Shown: piece by piece, positions 9,842 through 19,085 of the stretch
Position numbering within the stretch: the stretch's first letter is position 1
Layout: every line of letters begins with the position of its first letter
Translations under genes and position numbers: made by a program
Source: Candidatus Micrarchaeota archaeon
GTDB lineage: Archaea > Micrarchaeota > Micrarchaeia > Anstonellales > Bilamarchaeaceae
Direction: 5' to 3'
DNA: 64,000 nucleotides
Assembly (NCBI GenBank): GCA_043816005.1
Contig: JBDRIM010000041.1
Coordinates: 3,326-67,325 of the forward strand
Notes under the pieces: model-generated
Database searches by the model: none
What the model saw: the letters and a program-made list of their open reading frames with translations, nothing else
What the model was told of the DNA's origin: nothing

Positions 9842-11221
9842 TTATATTAGTTCGATACTATCTCCGAGTTTTGGTATGTGTGTTCTGAAACCAATATTTG
9901 TCAGGCTATTGCTAAGTGCCTTTGTTGATGCAATTTCCCCATGGACAATAAATATTTTTGGTTTGTTTTTAAAACCACTAACCCATTTGACAAGTTCTTT
10001 TGCATCTGCATGAGAAGAAAAGCTGTTGATTTTTTTTACTTTGGCTTCAACTGCCACTTCAGTCCCCATCATTTTCACAACTTCGGCACCATCAAGAATT
10101 ACCCGACCTAACGTTCCTTCGGCCTGATAACCAACAAAAAGAAGAGTGTTTTTTGAATTCCAAAGATTATGTTTAAGATGGTGTCTTATTCTTCCAGCAT
10201 TACACATCCCACTCCCGGCAATTATTATGCATGGTTGATTGTAATCATTCATTCTGCGTGATTCATTTGCTGTTCTCAGATATTGGAGTTGTTTGAAAGT
10301 AAATGGATTGGAAAATTCTTGTTTTAATTCTGGTGAAGCATAGCTTAAGTGTCTTTTGAAAATTTCAGTAACTTTTATAGCCAACGGACTATCTAAGAAT
10401 ATCTTTTGAGATGGGAATTTACCATCACGAATTTCTTGGTGAAGATAGAAAAGTAATTCTTGAGTTCTTTCAACTGCAAACGAAGGGATCATCAATTTTC
10501 CATGGGAATTGAAGGTTTCTCTGACTTCTTTTAATAGAAGATCGCCACGTATGCCAGATTTTTCGTGGGTTCTATCACCATATGTTGATTCAACAAGTAC
10601 AAAATCAGCTTCTTCGATCAGAGTTGGGTCGCTAACAATTGGTGTGTTCCATTGACCAAGATCACCAGTGAATACAATTTTTTTTGTTTTTTTGTTTTCA
10701 GTTACCCAAAGTTCAATTATAGCAGAGCCGATGATATGACCAGCATTTCTGAAAACCATTCTGAATGTTTTATTTATAGTATATGAATTATCATACCCAA
10801 GAGATTTGAAAAGTGGGAATGATGATTTTACATCTTCGAGGGTGTATAGTGGATTTCTTGGTGTAAGACCCATTCTAATGCGTCTTTTGTTCTCTAAGAT
10901 TGTATCATCTTCATTTATGTGTGCTGAATCTTCCAGCATAATTTTTGTCAGATCAACTGTTGGAGGAGTTGCAAATATTTTACCTCTGAACCCTCCCTTA
11001 ACTAGCTTAGGAATAAGTCCAGAATGATCAATATGTGCATGAGTAAGTAGGAGATAGGAAATTTCTTTTGGATTGAATCGAAATGGTTCATAATTCAATC
11101 TAGTTATATCTTTCCTACCTTGAAAAATACCGCAATCAATGAGTATTTTTTCTCCGGCTGCCTCAATTAAATAGCACGATCCAGTAACCATTTGAGCTGC
11201 GCCGTTAAAGGTTAATCTCAT
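9842..11221 (-). CDS. MBL-fold beta-CASP ribonuclease (aCPSF2/RNase J-like)
   Basis: HAHIDHSG metallo-beta-lactamase motif, beta-CASP-like middle region, C-terminal SSHAD. Confidence 0.8.
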   Translation of the reverse strand: MRLTFNGAAQMVTGSCYLIEAAGEKILIDCGIFQGRKDITRLNYEPFRFNPKEISYLLLTHAHIDHSGLIPKLVKGGFRGKIFATPPTVDLTKIMLEDSAHINEDDTILENKRRIRMGLTPRNPLYTLEDVKSSFPLFKSLGYDNSYTINKTFRMVFRNAGHIIGSAIIELWVTENKKTKKIVFTGDLGQWNTPIVSDPTLIEEADFVLVESTYGDRTHEKSGIRGDLLLKEVRETFNSHGKLMIPSFAVERTQELLFYLHQEIRDGKFPSQKIFLDSPLAIKVTEIFKRHLSYASPELKQEFSNPFTFKQLQYLRTANESRRMNDYNQPCIIIAGSGMCNAGRIRHHLKHNLWNSKNTLLFVGYQAEGTLGRVILDGAEVVKMMGTEVAVEAKVKKINSFSSHADAKELVKWVSGFKNKPKIFIVHGEIASTKALSNSLTNIGFRTHIPKLGDSIELI

Positions 11222-11262
11222 TAGTCTACCTACACTTATATCTTTTAAGAATGTACTTTAAT

Positions 11263-11643
11263 TTAGTTCTGAGGATCAATAGCGCAACCAGTGCGTGCAC
11301 TTAGTTCTTCCAAGGTAAGCAAACCAGTATATCTGGTGCCATCTTGAAATTCCCAAGTTGGATATGATGAGATATTGGCATCCTGACATATTTGTAGTTT
11401 GCCGTGACCATCAGGTGTGGAACATTCAACATAATTAATCAAAGACCAGCTATCTCCGAACATTGCTTTTTGATCATTACAGTGAGTACACCAAAATGCA
11501 CCGTACATTTTAGCATTATTATCACTAAGACATTTAGCAAAGTTAGGGTAATGTCCTTTTGGTCCGGAACTAAGCAGAATATAACCGACTATTACAACAA
11601 CTAGAAGAACTCCAATGGTTATAGCTGATTGTGGGATTTTCAC
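11263..11643 (-). CDS. Membrane-anchored thioredoxin-like protein (resembles VKOR-associated Trx-like domains)
   Basis: N-terminal TM plus MYGAFWCTHCNDQK CxxC motif and further conserved Cys residues. Confidence 0.55.
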   Translation of the reverse strand: MKIPQSAITIGVLLVVVIVGYILLSSGPKGHYPNFAKCLSDNNAKMYGAFWCTHCNDQKAMFGDSWSLINYVECSTPDGHGKLQICQDANISSYPTWEFQDGTRYTGLLTLEELSARTGCAIDPQN

Positions 11644-11684
11644 AATTGAGGATTAAGATCGCGATATTTAAATATCTTTCACCA

Positions 11685-12416
11685 TCAACGCATAAAATTC
11701 CATTCTTTTTGACTATAACGATTTGAAACCAATTCGCGAGCACATTTAAGTTCTTCTTCTGTAAATGAACTAAGCTCGAAATCTTTGCCATTCGTAAAAC
11801 CTTTCAAAAGTGCGTTGTAAAGTTCATCTTTACTTACTGATTTTTGCTGAGTAACTGAGGTTACTCTTTCCTTAACATTCGCAATGAGCTTATCCTTTAT
11901 TTTCTCATCAGGAACCCTAAGTAGAGAAAACATCCTGTCAACGTCAACAGAGTAAAGTATAGTTCCATGCTGGAGAAGAACGCCGTTTCTTCTTGTCTGT
12001 GCATTCCCTGAGATCTTTTTTCCATTAACAATTATGTCATTTATTGGTTTGAATTCTGCTTTTATACCGAGAATATCAAGTGAATTTACTATCCATCCGC
12101 AAATGAGCTTATAAGAGTCTATAATACCTGTTGGAAAGAGGTTGAGATCACCAATTACACTGTATGTTATTTCACCCATTTGATCATGATAGACTGCTCC
12201 TCCACCTGTTCGTCTTCTTATAAAATCTACATTTGAAGTTTTACATTGTTCAAGATTAACTTCACTTTCAAGACTCTGGAAGTAGCCAACTGAAACCGCA
12301 CTTGGTTTCCATCCATAGAATCTGATTGTTGGAGTTTTGTTCTGTGAGAGAACTTCGTCCAATGCCATATTAGTAAATGCATCTTGTTCTGTATAAGGTA
12401 AAACACGCCATTTCAT
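11685..12416 (-). CDS. lplA: Lipoate-protein ligase A, catalytic domain
   Basis: LplA/LipB-family pattern (RRTGGGAVYHD, KKISGNAQ). Overlaps the upstream C-terminal-domain gene by 4 nt. Confidence 0.85.
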   Translation of the reverse strand: MKWRVLPYTEQDAFTNMALDEVLSQNKTPTIRFYGWKPSAVSVGYFQSLESEVNLEQCKTSNVDFIRRRTGGGAVYHDQMGEITYSVIGDLNLFPTGIIDSYKLICGWIVNSLDILGIKAEFKPINDIIVNGKKISGNAQTRRNGVLLQHGTILYSVDVDRMFSLLRVPDEKIKDKLIANVKERVTSVTQQKSVSKDELYNALLKGFTNGKDFELSSFTEEELKCARELVSNRYSQKEWNFMR

Positions 12417-12688
12417 AGTGACACCGCTTTTCTGAATAATCTGACTAGATCGTCTATAGAAACACCAATGAGTTCTGCATCTTTTAATGCATGCTGAAGT
12501 TTACTTGAAAGTTCAGCGTCAGAAATATTTACAGGAAGTTCCAAAAAACTATCCTCAACTTGTTTTATTTGTTCTTCAGGATAAAGAAAAAAATCACCCG
12601 TTATTTTCATATGAGAAACTTTACCTTGAAGAAATTGAACTTCCATAGCAATTAATTTACCATTGGGCACTTTCTCAATTACTTTCAT
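12413..12688 (-). CDS. Lipoate-protein ligase accessory C-terminal domain protein (LplB-like)
   Basis: 91 aa with the GKLI...ITGDFFLYPEE pattern typical of the LplA C-terminal domain. Translationally coupled to lplA, as in the split Thermoplasma-type enzyme. Confidence 0.6.
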   Translation of the reverse strand: MKVIEKVPNGKLIAMEVQFLQGKVSHMKITGDFFLYPEEQIKQVEDSFLELPVNISDAELSSKLQHALKDAELIGVSIDDLVRLFRKAVSL

Positions 12689-12789
12689 AAAATGTTATTG
12701 AAAACAAAGGTTTTAGATAGATCTTCTTAGAAATGTTTTTGGCAATGTGTTCACTTTGAGATTAAAAGGTTTTGTTTCATTAATTTTTT

Positions 12790-13530
12790 GTGGAAATAAT
12801 AGAGATATCAGGGAAACGGTTTGTAATAGAACGTTTATTGTGTAAAAACAAAAATGCCACTGCTAAATTGAGAAATGAAAAAATAATTATCAACATTCCA
12901 TCACGATGGCCACTTTCTGAACGGGAAAAAATTAGTGCGGATTTATTGAAACGCGCAGTTAATTCAATTGAGAATGGTAGGTGGAATGTGAATGCTGGGA
13001 AAAAAATTGAGTTTTCACATGGGCAACGTTTAATTGTTTTGGGAAAAGAATTTGAGATAAGTTTTGTCCAATCTGAAAGATTTGGTGTTAAAATAGTCGG
13101 TAGAAAGGTCGAGGTAAAAATTAATGATCATCCGGACAAAAATCAAATTGTTGCTAAATTAATAAGAAAGAAAATTGGAGCTATTTTAATGCCAGAACTT
13201 ACTCAACGCGTAAGTGAATTGAATGAAAAACATTTCAAATCGGAAATTTCATGCATAAAAATAAGAGATGCAGTTAGTAGATGGGGGAGCTGTACTACAA
13301 CGGGAGTGATAAGCCTTAACTTCCGTCTTCTTTTGATGCCACCGGATATTCTTGATTATGTAATTGTACATGAGCTTGCCCACACAAAATATAGGAGCCA
13401 TGGACCGCGATTCTGGAATTTGGTTGGTGATGTAATTCCAGACCATAAACTGAGAAGATCTTGGCTCAGAAAGAATGGATGGTCATCAAATAACTTAACA
13501 ACTGTTGAACCATTAGAAGAACCATATTGA
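12790..13530 (+). CDS. YgjP-like (DUF45) M48-family zinc metallopeptidase
   Basis: HELAHTKYRSHGPRFW (HExxH plus downstream conserved block). GTG start as listed. Confidence 0.65.
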   Translation: MEIIEISGKRFVIERLLCKNKNATAKLRNEKIIINIPSRWPLSEREKISADLLKRAVNSIENGRWNVNAGKKIEFSHGQRLIVLGKEFEISFVQSERFGVKIVGRKVEVKINDHPDKNQIVAKLIRKKIGAILMPELTQRVSELNEKHFKSEISCIKIRDAVSRWGSCTTTGVISLNFRLLLMPPDILDYVIVHELAHTKYRSHGPRFWNLVGDVIPDHKLRRSWLRKNGWSSNNLTTVEPLEEPY

Positions 13531-13944
13531 TTATTCACCAATTATTTTTACTAGTACTCTTTTGCTTCTTTGACCATCAAATTCAAAATAAAAGATTTGT
13601 TCCCACGGACCAAGATCCAACCTACCGTTTGTAATTGGCATAACAACTTGATGGCCGAGTAATTGACGCCAGATGTGTGCTGCAGCATTATCCTCTCCAG
13701 TATCATTATGACGATAATCTGCTTTGTAAGGTACTAGTTTTTCTAAAACTTTGAGATAATCACTATGAAGACCACCTTCATCATCATTCACAATGACAGC
13801 TGCAGTAATATGCATTGGATTTACAAGAACAAGACCTTCTTTTACCCCACTCGAAGTTATAGTTTTATTTACATGATCAGTAATTTTTATTATTTCGATT
13901 TTCTTTTCAGTTCTAAAAGTCAGATATTCGGTTTTTGTTTTCAT
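13531..13944 (-). CDS. YjbQ family protein (secondary thiamine-phosphate synthase, UPF0047)
   Basis: Family-typical [24 protein letters not shown] and [13 protein letters not shown] blocks. Confidence 0.8.
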   Translation of the reverse strand: MKTKTEYLTFRTEKKIEIIKITDHVNKTITSSGVKEGLVLVNPMHITAAVIVNDDEGGLHSDYLKVLEKLVPYKADYRHNDTGEDNAAAHIWRQLLGHQVVMPITNGRLDLGPWEQIFYFEFDGQRSKRVLVKIIGE

Positions 13945-14192
13945 AGATTTTTTTTGGAAAGAAACACTTTAATAACGCTGGTTAGTCTAAAATTTCAAGG
14001 TAGTATGTGATTATGCACATTTTGATCTTGAAAAAATGTGATTATCAATATTCATTTTTACAAAAAATATAAATAGTCAGTATTTGGTTTGTCTAATGGG
14101 GATGGAATGGGCGGCTTGGCGGGAATAATTTGGACATAACTTGTCCCCACACTCTCTCGCCATGATCGCTTATTTTCCCTATGGTGAATTTG

Positions 14193-14435
14193 ATGAGGGG
14201 ACAATTAAGCGCTGAAATGCTAATTTTGATTGTTGTTGTATTGGCAGTTGTGGCTATTGCAGCAACACAGCTTATGGGATCAGCAAAAGAAACAAGTAAA
14301 AATATCCAAAATCAAAGCAGTAAGATAAATCTAATGACTTCTGAGGCCATTAAATCTGCTGAAGGCGAATATTGCATGTATGATGAAGATTGTAGAGAGA
14401 GTTTTAGTTGTCAGGATTATCGGTGCAGTAGCTAA
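14193..14435 (+). CDS. Class III signal peptide (archaeal type IV pilin-like) protein with Cys-rich tail
   Basis: MRGQLSAEMLILIVVVLAVVAIA matches the short charged leader, Q/hydrophobic-helix prepilin pattern. C-terminus CMYDEDCRESFSCQDYRC. SD ggtga precedes the ATG at 14193. Confidence 0.55.
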   Translation: MRGQLSAEMLILIVVVLAVVAIAATQLMGSAKETSKNIQNQSSKINLMTSEAIKSAEGEYCMYDEDCRESFSCQDYRCSS

Positions 14436-14556
14436 TTTGTTACGTTTGTTTATATATATTTCCTTCTAATTTAACCTTTAAGTACCACTATCAGTGTTTT
14501 TGCTTAGAATTAGTAATAAAGCAAGGTTTAAAAGATGTTTTAATAAGTGTATATAC

Positions 14557-16161
14557 ATGGTTGGAGCACATAATTTGTTACCCCCCAATGCTAGGGTTGA
14601 TAGATACCCTCCCCAGCTCCAAGCATCGATAATGAGATGGGCAGAAACTTACCATAAATTCGGTGGGCAAGATGCTTTTCCTCATGCTTTACGTGTTTTA
14701 GATCAAGCTGTAGCTCATAATATGGTTGAACTCCCAAAGATTGGTGATAGAGATACGGATACAAGAGGACTTAATCTTAGATTAGCAAATATTATACTTG
14801 CCCATGTTTTTAGACGTGGAAAAGACAATCGTAAAGACTTTCCAACTGAGGATTTTGAAAGACATAGACTAGTTGTTGATGGTTTTGAAGTATTTGATAG
14901 ATTAAGAGAGAATGATCTTGGTGCAATGTCAAGTCAGGAATATGGTCGTATTCTTCAAAAGCCATCGCTTGGAACTTTGGCTAGATGTATAGATATCGCT
15001 CAATACGGACCAGATGGAATTACATCAGAGGTAGAACTTTCTCATCTTGATAAAAGACGTTTTTATCATTTTGACCAGAAGACTGGTTTAAGTGAATATA
15101 GACATATTGCCCATGTTGCAAGAATGGTATATGCTCCACTTGCAGACCTTTTGAGTTACAGAACACTGGCAGGGGATTTGATGAAAATGTCATACTACCA
15201 TCTTGCTCATGATACATACGATAAGGTTAGACTACTGATACAGGAATTAAATGAACAAATAGCTGCCACTCAAAGACTTATGACTGCCATGCTCCCACAA
15301 CTTGTAGCAATTCTTACTGCACAAGGTTACACGTTCGAGATAAGGGAACGACCATTAAAACATATAGGTAAAGTTATGGAAAAAGTTGATAGATACTCTC
15401 GTAAAGATGGTGGATCAATTGAAGATCACATTAAAGAATTACATGATCTTGTAGCTTTCACAGTTATTCTTGATTCGAAAAATGGAAGAACAATCACGCA
15501 AAATGATTTAGAAGATTATCGAAATGTAGCAACAATAATTGTTGGCCTCGTTTCTACGTATGCACCACTCAGATATAAGGGTAGGTATGACCACCTGTAC
15601 ACAGACATGATCTCAAAACCAAAAGCAAGTGGTTACCAATCATACCACGCTGACATGGAATTTAATTCGGACCAATTTGTCTGGTTAGAGGCAATAGTTA
15701 GAAATAGGACAATGGAACTGTATGCATCAAAAGGTGGTGCTGCACATCATCTTTTCAAAGGCGGACGTGGACTAACAAAAGTTATAGAACGAGCTTATAA
15801 TAATGTAAAAAGGGCAATAGAGTCGGGCATGAATCCAGCAGATTTAGATGTAACCCCAGTAAATCACCAAGTTGTATTCCAAGTTCCAGGTAGAGAACGA
15901 TACACTAAAATTATACCTGGTGGTGCATGTATAGCCGAAGCGCTCATATGTGGTGGTATTAGTTTGAGTGATAGGTATGCAATTTCACCTGCACGTTCTT
16001 TACTGGATCCTGTTGAAGGAACAATAAGAATTGAATTGGTTCGGACAGCTGAACCAATGGTAGCAGTTAGATCAACACTAAGACAAATACTTCCATTCTT
16101 TCAACAACAAACAAACGCAAGAAAAGCAAATGAATTATTCGTTGAAACTAGATCTCGTTAA
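14557..16161 (+). CDS. RelA/SpoT homologue: degenerate HD domain, (p)ppGpp-synthetase-like domain, TGS-like domain
   Basis: YAPLADLL...RPLKHIGKVMEK...LHDLVAFTVIL...GYQSYHADMEF...LEAIVRNRTMELYASKGGAAHHLFKG parallels RSH synthetase motifs. HD replaced by HV (ILAHVFRRGKD). The C-terminal beta-grasp-like segment resembles TGS. Start uncertain (14494 or 14557). Confidence 0.6.
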   Translation: MVGAHNLLPPNARVDRYPPQLQASIMRWAETYHKFGGQDAFPHALRVLDQAVAHNMVELPKIGDRDTDTRGLNLRLANIILAHVFRRGKDNRKDFPTEDFERHRLVVDGFEVFDRLRENDLGAMSSQEYGRILQKPSLGTLARCIDIAQYGPDGITSEVELSHLDKRRFYHFDQKTGLSEYRHIAHVARMVYAPLADLLSYRTLAGDLMKMSYYHLAHDTYDKVRLLIQELNEQIAATQRLMTAMLPQLVAILTAQGYTFEIRERPLKHIGKVMEKVDRYSRKDGGSIEDHIKELHDLVAFTVILDSKNGRTITQNDLEDYRNVATIIVGLVSTYAPLRYKGRYDHLYTDMISKPKASGYQSYHADMEFNSDQFVWLEAIVRNRTMELYASKGGAAHHLFKGGRGLTKVIERAYNNVKRAIESGMNPADLDVTPVNHQVVFQVPGRERYTKIIPGGACIAEALICGGISLSDRYAISPARSLLDPVEGTIRIELVRTAEPMVAVRSTLRQILPFFQQQTNARKANELFVETRSR

Positions 16162-16307
16162 ATTCAGTAAGCCTTGTTACAATAGTTAGAATTATATTTT
16201 TTATTTGAAACTATTAAAGTGACGAACGATGTTCAACAAGTATATTAATACAAAATTTGGAAATGGATTAATCAAAAAGAGTGGTACTGAGGTATCTTTC
16301 TCCTCTA

Positions 16308-17096
16308 TCAGGTAATAATGCAACAACTATTCCTTTCATTTTTTTTTGCAACTTGCATTGCAGCCCACATAGAGGCTCCGCTACTAATCCCAACTAGTAT
16401 TCCTTCTTTTTTTGCAAGATCTTTTGCAGTTTGAAATGCATCTTCATCAGTTACATATACTACTTCGTCTAATTTTTTTCTGTTGAATATTTTTGGAACC
16501 AACGATGTCTCCATGTTTTTTAATCCTTGAATTTTGTGATTTGGATGTGGTTCTGCACCAATGATCTTTATGGATTGGTTTTTTTCTTTTAATAATTTCC
16601 CAACACCCATCACAGTTCCTCCAGTTCCAATGCCACCAACAAACGCAGTGATTTGACTGTTGGTTTGTCCCCATATTTCGTTTGCAGTTTGGGCATAATG
16701 AGCTAAGGGATTATTCTCATTAGAGTATTGATCTGGCAGAAAATATTTTTCGGGATTTTTTTCTGCTTTTTCTATAGCTAATTTTATTGATCCGTCAATT
16801 CCTTGTCCTGCAGATGTTAGAACTATTCTTGCCCCATATGCTGCCATTGTTTTTCTTCTTTCAATACTTGCATTCTCTGGCATTATGATTTCTACTTGAT
16901 AGCCTTTTACAGCTCCGATCATAGCTAACGCTATACCAGTATTTCCAGATGATGCTTCAATGATAATTCGGTTTTTTATTAAATCTAATTTTTCTGCAGC
17001 TTCAATCATCATTTGTGCAGGTCTGTCTTTTATACTTCCACCAGGATTCCAACCTTCTAATTTCACGTATAATTCGACATCTTTATTTTCATTCAT
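16308..17096 (-). CDS. cysK: Cysteine synthase (O-acetylserine sulfhydrylase family); both ends disrupted by homopolymer frameshifts
   Basis: NPGGSIKDR, SSGNTG, GGIGTGGT PLP-enzyme motifs. The conserved N-terminus (IGETPLVRINR, with ATG + SD at 17169) and C-terminus (GIVVALLPDRGERYLSTTLFD, stop 16268-16270) are each 1 nt out of frame across A-runs. Confidence 0.8.
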   Translation of the reverse strand: MNENKDVELYVKLEGWNPGGSIKDRPAQMMIEAAEKLDLIKNRIIIEASSGNTGIALAMIGAVKGYQVEIIMPENASIERRKTMAAYGARIVLTSAGQGIDGSIKLAIEKAEKNPEKYFLPDQYSNENNPLAHYAQTANEIWGQTNSQITAFVGGIGTGGTVMGVGKLLKEKNQSIKIIGAEPHPNHKIQGLKNMETSLVPKIFNRKKLDEVVYVTDEDAFQTAKDLAKKEGILVGISSGASMWAAMQVAKKNERNSCCIIT

Positions 17097-17276
17097 TCTA
17101 TTTATCCTAACTAATGGTGTTTCACCGATTGTTTTTAGTATATTAGCAGGCCAACCACCTTTTTGTCATATTTTCACCTCATATTTTATTTTAGATTAAT
17201 AAAAAATTTGAGATTTATAAAACAATGTAACAGTTTTGGTTAGATGATTGCATGGCAACAATAGCAAAAACAAAAA

Positions 17277-17505
17277 CGGGCCCAGAGGGATTTGAACCCT
17301 CGACCTGCGGATCTCGCTTTTTGGAAAAAAGCGAGGCAAAAACTGATTCGCTATTTCCAAAATTAAAAGTCCGACGCTCTACCAAGTTCCTCTGCACCTT
17401 TTAGTAAAAGGCGCCCCAAAACTTATTGTCCAAAAACCTTAGAGGTTTTTCATTAACAAATTTTTGGGCGCTTTTTTTCAAAAAGCGCAACTGAGCTATG
17501 GGCCC
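17277..17505 (-). tRNA. tRNA-Lys(UUU) with two introns (D-loop and anticodon-loop)
   Basis: Exons read GGGCCCATAGCTCAG / TTGGTAGAGCGTCGGACTTTTAA / TCCGCAGGTCGAGGGTTCAAATCCCTCTGGGCCC+G: 7-bp acceptor, T-arm GAGGG-TTCAAAT-CCCTC, anticodon loop CTTTTAA. About 106 nt are inserted in the D-loop and about 50 nt after position 37. Confidence 0.7.
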
Positions 17506-17625
17506 TAAGTATGGTAAATTGTTTACAATCCTTTTAAAAATCCAACTTTTATGAACGCTTTTAAAAGTATTGACGCCTATTTAACTAACACATAGAACTT
17601 TGGATGATGATTCGTTCAAAATGTG

Positions 17626-17747
17626 TGCCGGGTTGGCAGATAGGCTATGCGTCCGCCTGCAGACCGCTTTTCTGAGGTTTTGTCTTTAGACAGAATCAGT
17701 GATAAGGCATAAAGCGGAATAGAGGGGTTCAATTCCTCTACCCGGCT
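17626..17747 (+). tRNA. tRNA-Cys(GCA) with canonical-position intron (~17662-17712)
   Basis: Acceptor GCCGGGT/ACCCGGC, discriminator U. Anticodon stem TCCGC/GCGGA with loop CTGCAGA interrupted by ~51 nt. T-arm AGGGG-TTCAATT-CCTCT. Confidence 0.75.
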
Positions 17748-17984
17748 TTTTTTATTTACCACAATTCCTCCGGTTTTATAGTGGTCGAAGATGGAAAACG
17801 ACCTCCGTAAATCCGGGCTTTTCGCAATTCGCGGATCGCATCCACATTTTCCATGCAACATGTTGCATGAAAGAATAAAAGGACTGAAAACGAAGGTGAT
17901 GGATGTGAAATGCGATCTTGAGTGAATTTTACTGGATTTTTTTTAACCATATTCTTTATTTAACTATCCATCTAAACGTCTATT

Positions 17985-18251
17985 ATGGCAGGTATTAGAA
18001 GATTAATATTAGACGTTGTTATTCCATCAACAATGCCCTCAACTGAATTAGCGGTAAAATTAGCTAAACTTAGTGGTGTTGAAGGAGTGGACATAATCAC
18101 GCAAGAAGTTGAACACCGAGTAGATAAAATAAAAGTAACAATTGATGGAGACGATATCAACTTTGATTCAGTAAAAAATTTACTTGACAAGCTCGGGGCG
18201 TCACTCCAAGGTGTTGATCGTATTACCTGTGGTAAGAGGCCTGTTAGTTAA
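17985..18251 (+). CDS. DUF211 family protein
   Basis: 88 aa with the GIRRLILDV...GVEGVDI...IKVTIDG pattern typical of archaeal DUF211. Adjacent to a VIT1/CCC1-like gene, a common pairing. Confidence 0.55.
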   Translation: MAGIRRLILDVVIPSTMPSTELAVKLAKLSGVEGVDIITQEVEHRVDKIKVTIDGDDINFDSVKNLLDKLGASLQGVDRITCGKRPVS

Positions 18252-18841
18252 TGCTTGGGTTTTTCAAAAGACATAAGGAAAAATTCCAATACTACGATAG
18301 AATTACAGGTATGACGAAGATTCTTAGAAGATATTTTGTCATGGACTCGTTTGGTGGTGCGCTAACTATTTTTGGTCTAGTTTTGGGTTCGTTTGCCGCA
18401 AATGTAACTGAAGCATCTCTGGTGATCAGTATAGGGATTGGAACAGCAATTGCAATAGGTTGTTCTGGTTTAACCGGAGCTTTCATGACAGAATCCGCAG
18501 AAAGAGCAAGAGAACTAAAACATATGGAAACGGCACTACAAAGAAATTTAGATAATACTGATTACAAAGCAGCCCATAATTTTGCAAGTCTTATTACGGC
18601 GTTAGTAGATGGTATATCCCCTGTTTTAGCAGCATTGATTATTCTTTCTCCGTTTTTTTTAGTACCAATACCATCGGCGTATTATTATTCATTTTCCATC
18701 GCTCTGTCAGTATTTTTTGCCCTTGGTATTTTCCTTGGAAAGATATCCTCTGGAAATTTATTTTACAGTGGCCTAAAACTACTTTTATCAGGTGTGGCTT
18801 GTATGATCCTCATTTTAATCGTTGAAAGCCTTAAAGGTTAG
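18251..18841 (+). CDS. VIT1/CCC1-like membrane protein (TIGR00267-type)
   Basis: Multi-TM protein with an acidic loop (ESAERARELKHME). Start overlaps the DUF211 stop. Confidence 0.55.
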   Translation: MLGFFKRHKEKFQYYDRITGMTKILRRYFVMDSFGGALTIFGLVLGSFAANVTEASLVISIGIGTAIAIGCSGLTGAFMTESAERARELKHMETALQRNLDNTDYKAAHNFASLITALVDGISPVLAALIILSPFFLVPIPSAYYYSFSIALSVFFALGIFLGKISSGNLFYSGLKLLLSGVACMILILIVESLKG

Positions 18842-18868
18842 ACAATTGTCAAAGTTTTTTTAAGAGTA

Positions 18869-18878
18869 TTTATAAATA
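18869..18878 (+). promoter_or_regulatory. TATA-box-like element upstream of the GC-rich RNA candidate
   Basis: tttataaata about 20-25 nt upstream of the onset of the GC-rich segment. Confidence 0.3.
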
Positions 18879-18889
18879 ATGGATGAGCG

Positions 18890-19085
18890 TGTATGAATGC
18901 ACTTCGTGCTTCGGGTGTGGTAGCGCATATCTGCGTTGCGTGGCAACGGTTTTGACTGAGGGCATATTCCCATAATGGGCTCGCTCCGGAAACCGCATGT
19001 AGCCAGAGTGGCAGCTTACCTGTGGGCATTGATTTGTTGTAATAATATGCGACAAATCCTGCCTCACCCGAATTAAAGTGCAAGA
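18890..19085 (+). ncRNA. GC-rich structured RNA candidate (possibly SRP/7S-like); identity unresolved
   Basis: Local GC is clearly above the surroundings. Long-range complementarity ttcgggtg (18910-18917) / cacccgaa (19066-19073) and cgcat/atgcg. ccggaaaccgcatgtagcca loosely resembles SRP helix 8. The overlapping minus-strand ORFs look like stop-codon-poor artefacts. Confidence 0.3.

Noticed and set aside
13945-14192. Possible small RNA or long leader upstream of the pilin gene (duplicated atgtgattat, hairpin ggaca-taact-tgtcc, TATA-like aaaatataaata)
   Set aside because: The elements are short and individually weak. They are consistent with an ordinary promoter plus 5' UTR, and nothing is distinctive enough to call.
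17616-17950. Two minus-strand ORFs (81 and 64 aa) around tRNA-Cys, and a perfect 18-nt palindrome catgcaacatgttgcatg
   Set aside because: The first ORF overlaps the tRNA and the second has no coding features. I looked for a C/D-box sRNA or another tRNA here but found no proper C (RUGAUGA) or D (CUGA) box order and no T-arm.
18890-18935. 5S-rRNA-like stretch on the minus strand (ccacacccgaagcacgaag)
   Set aside because: It sits at the 3' edge of the GC-rich segment, with AT-rich sequence directly after it. The remaining ~60 nt of a 5S molecule are therefore missing.
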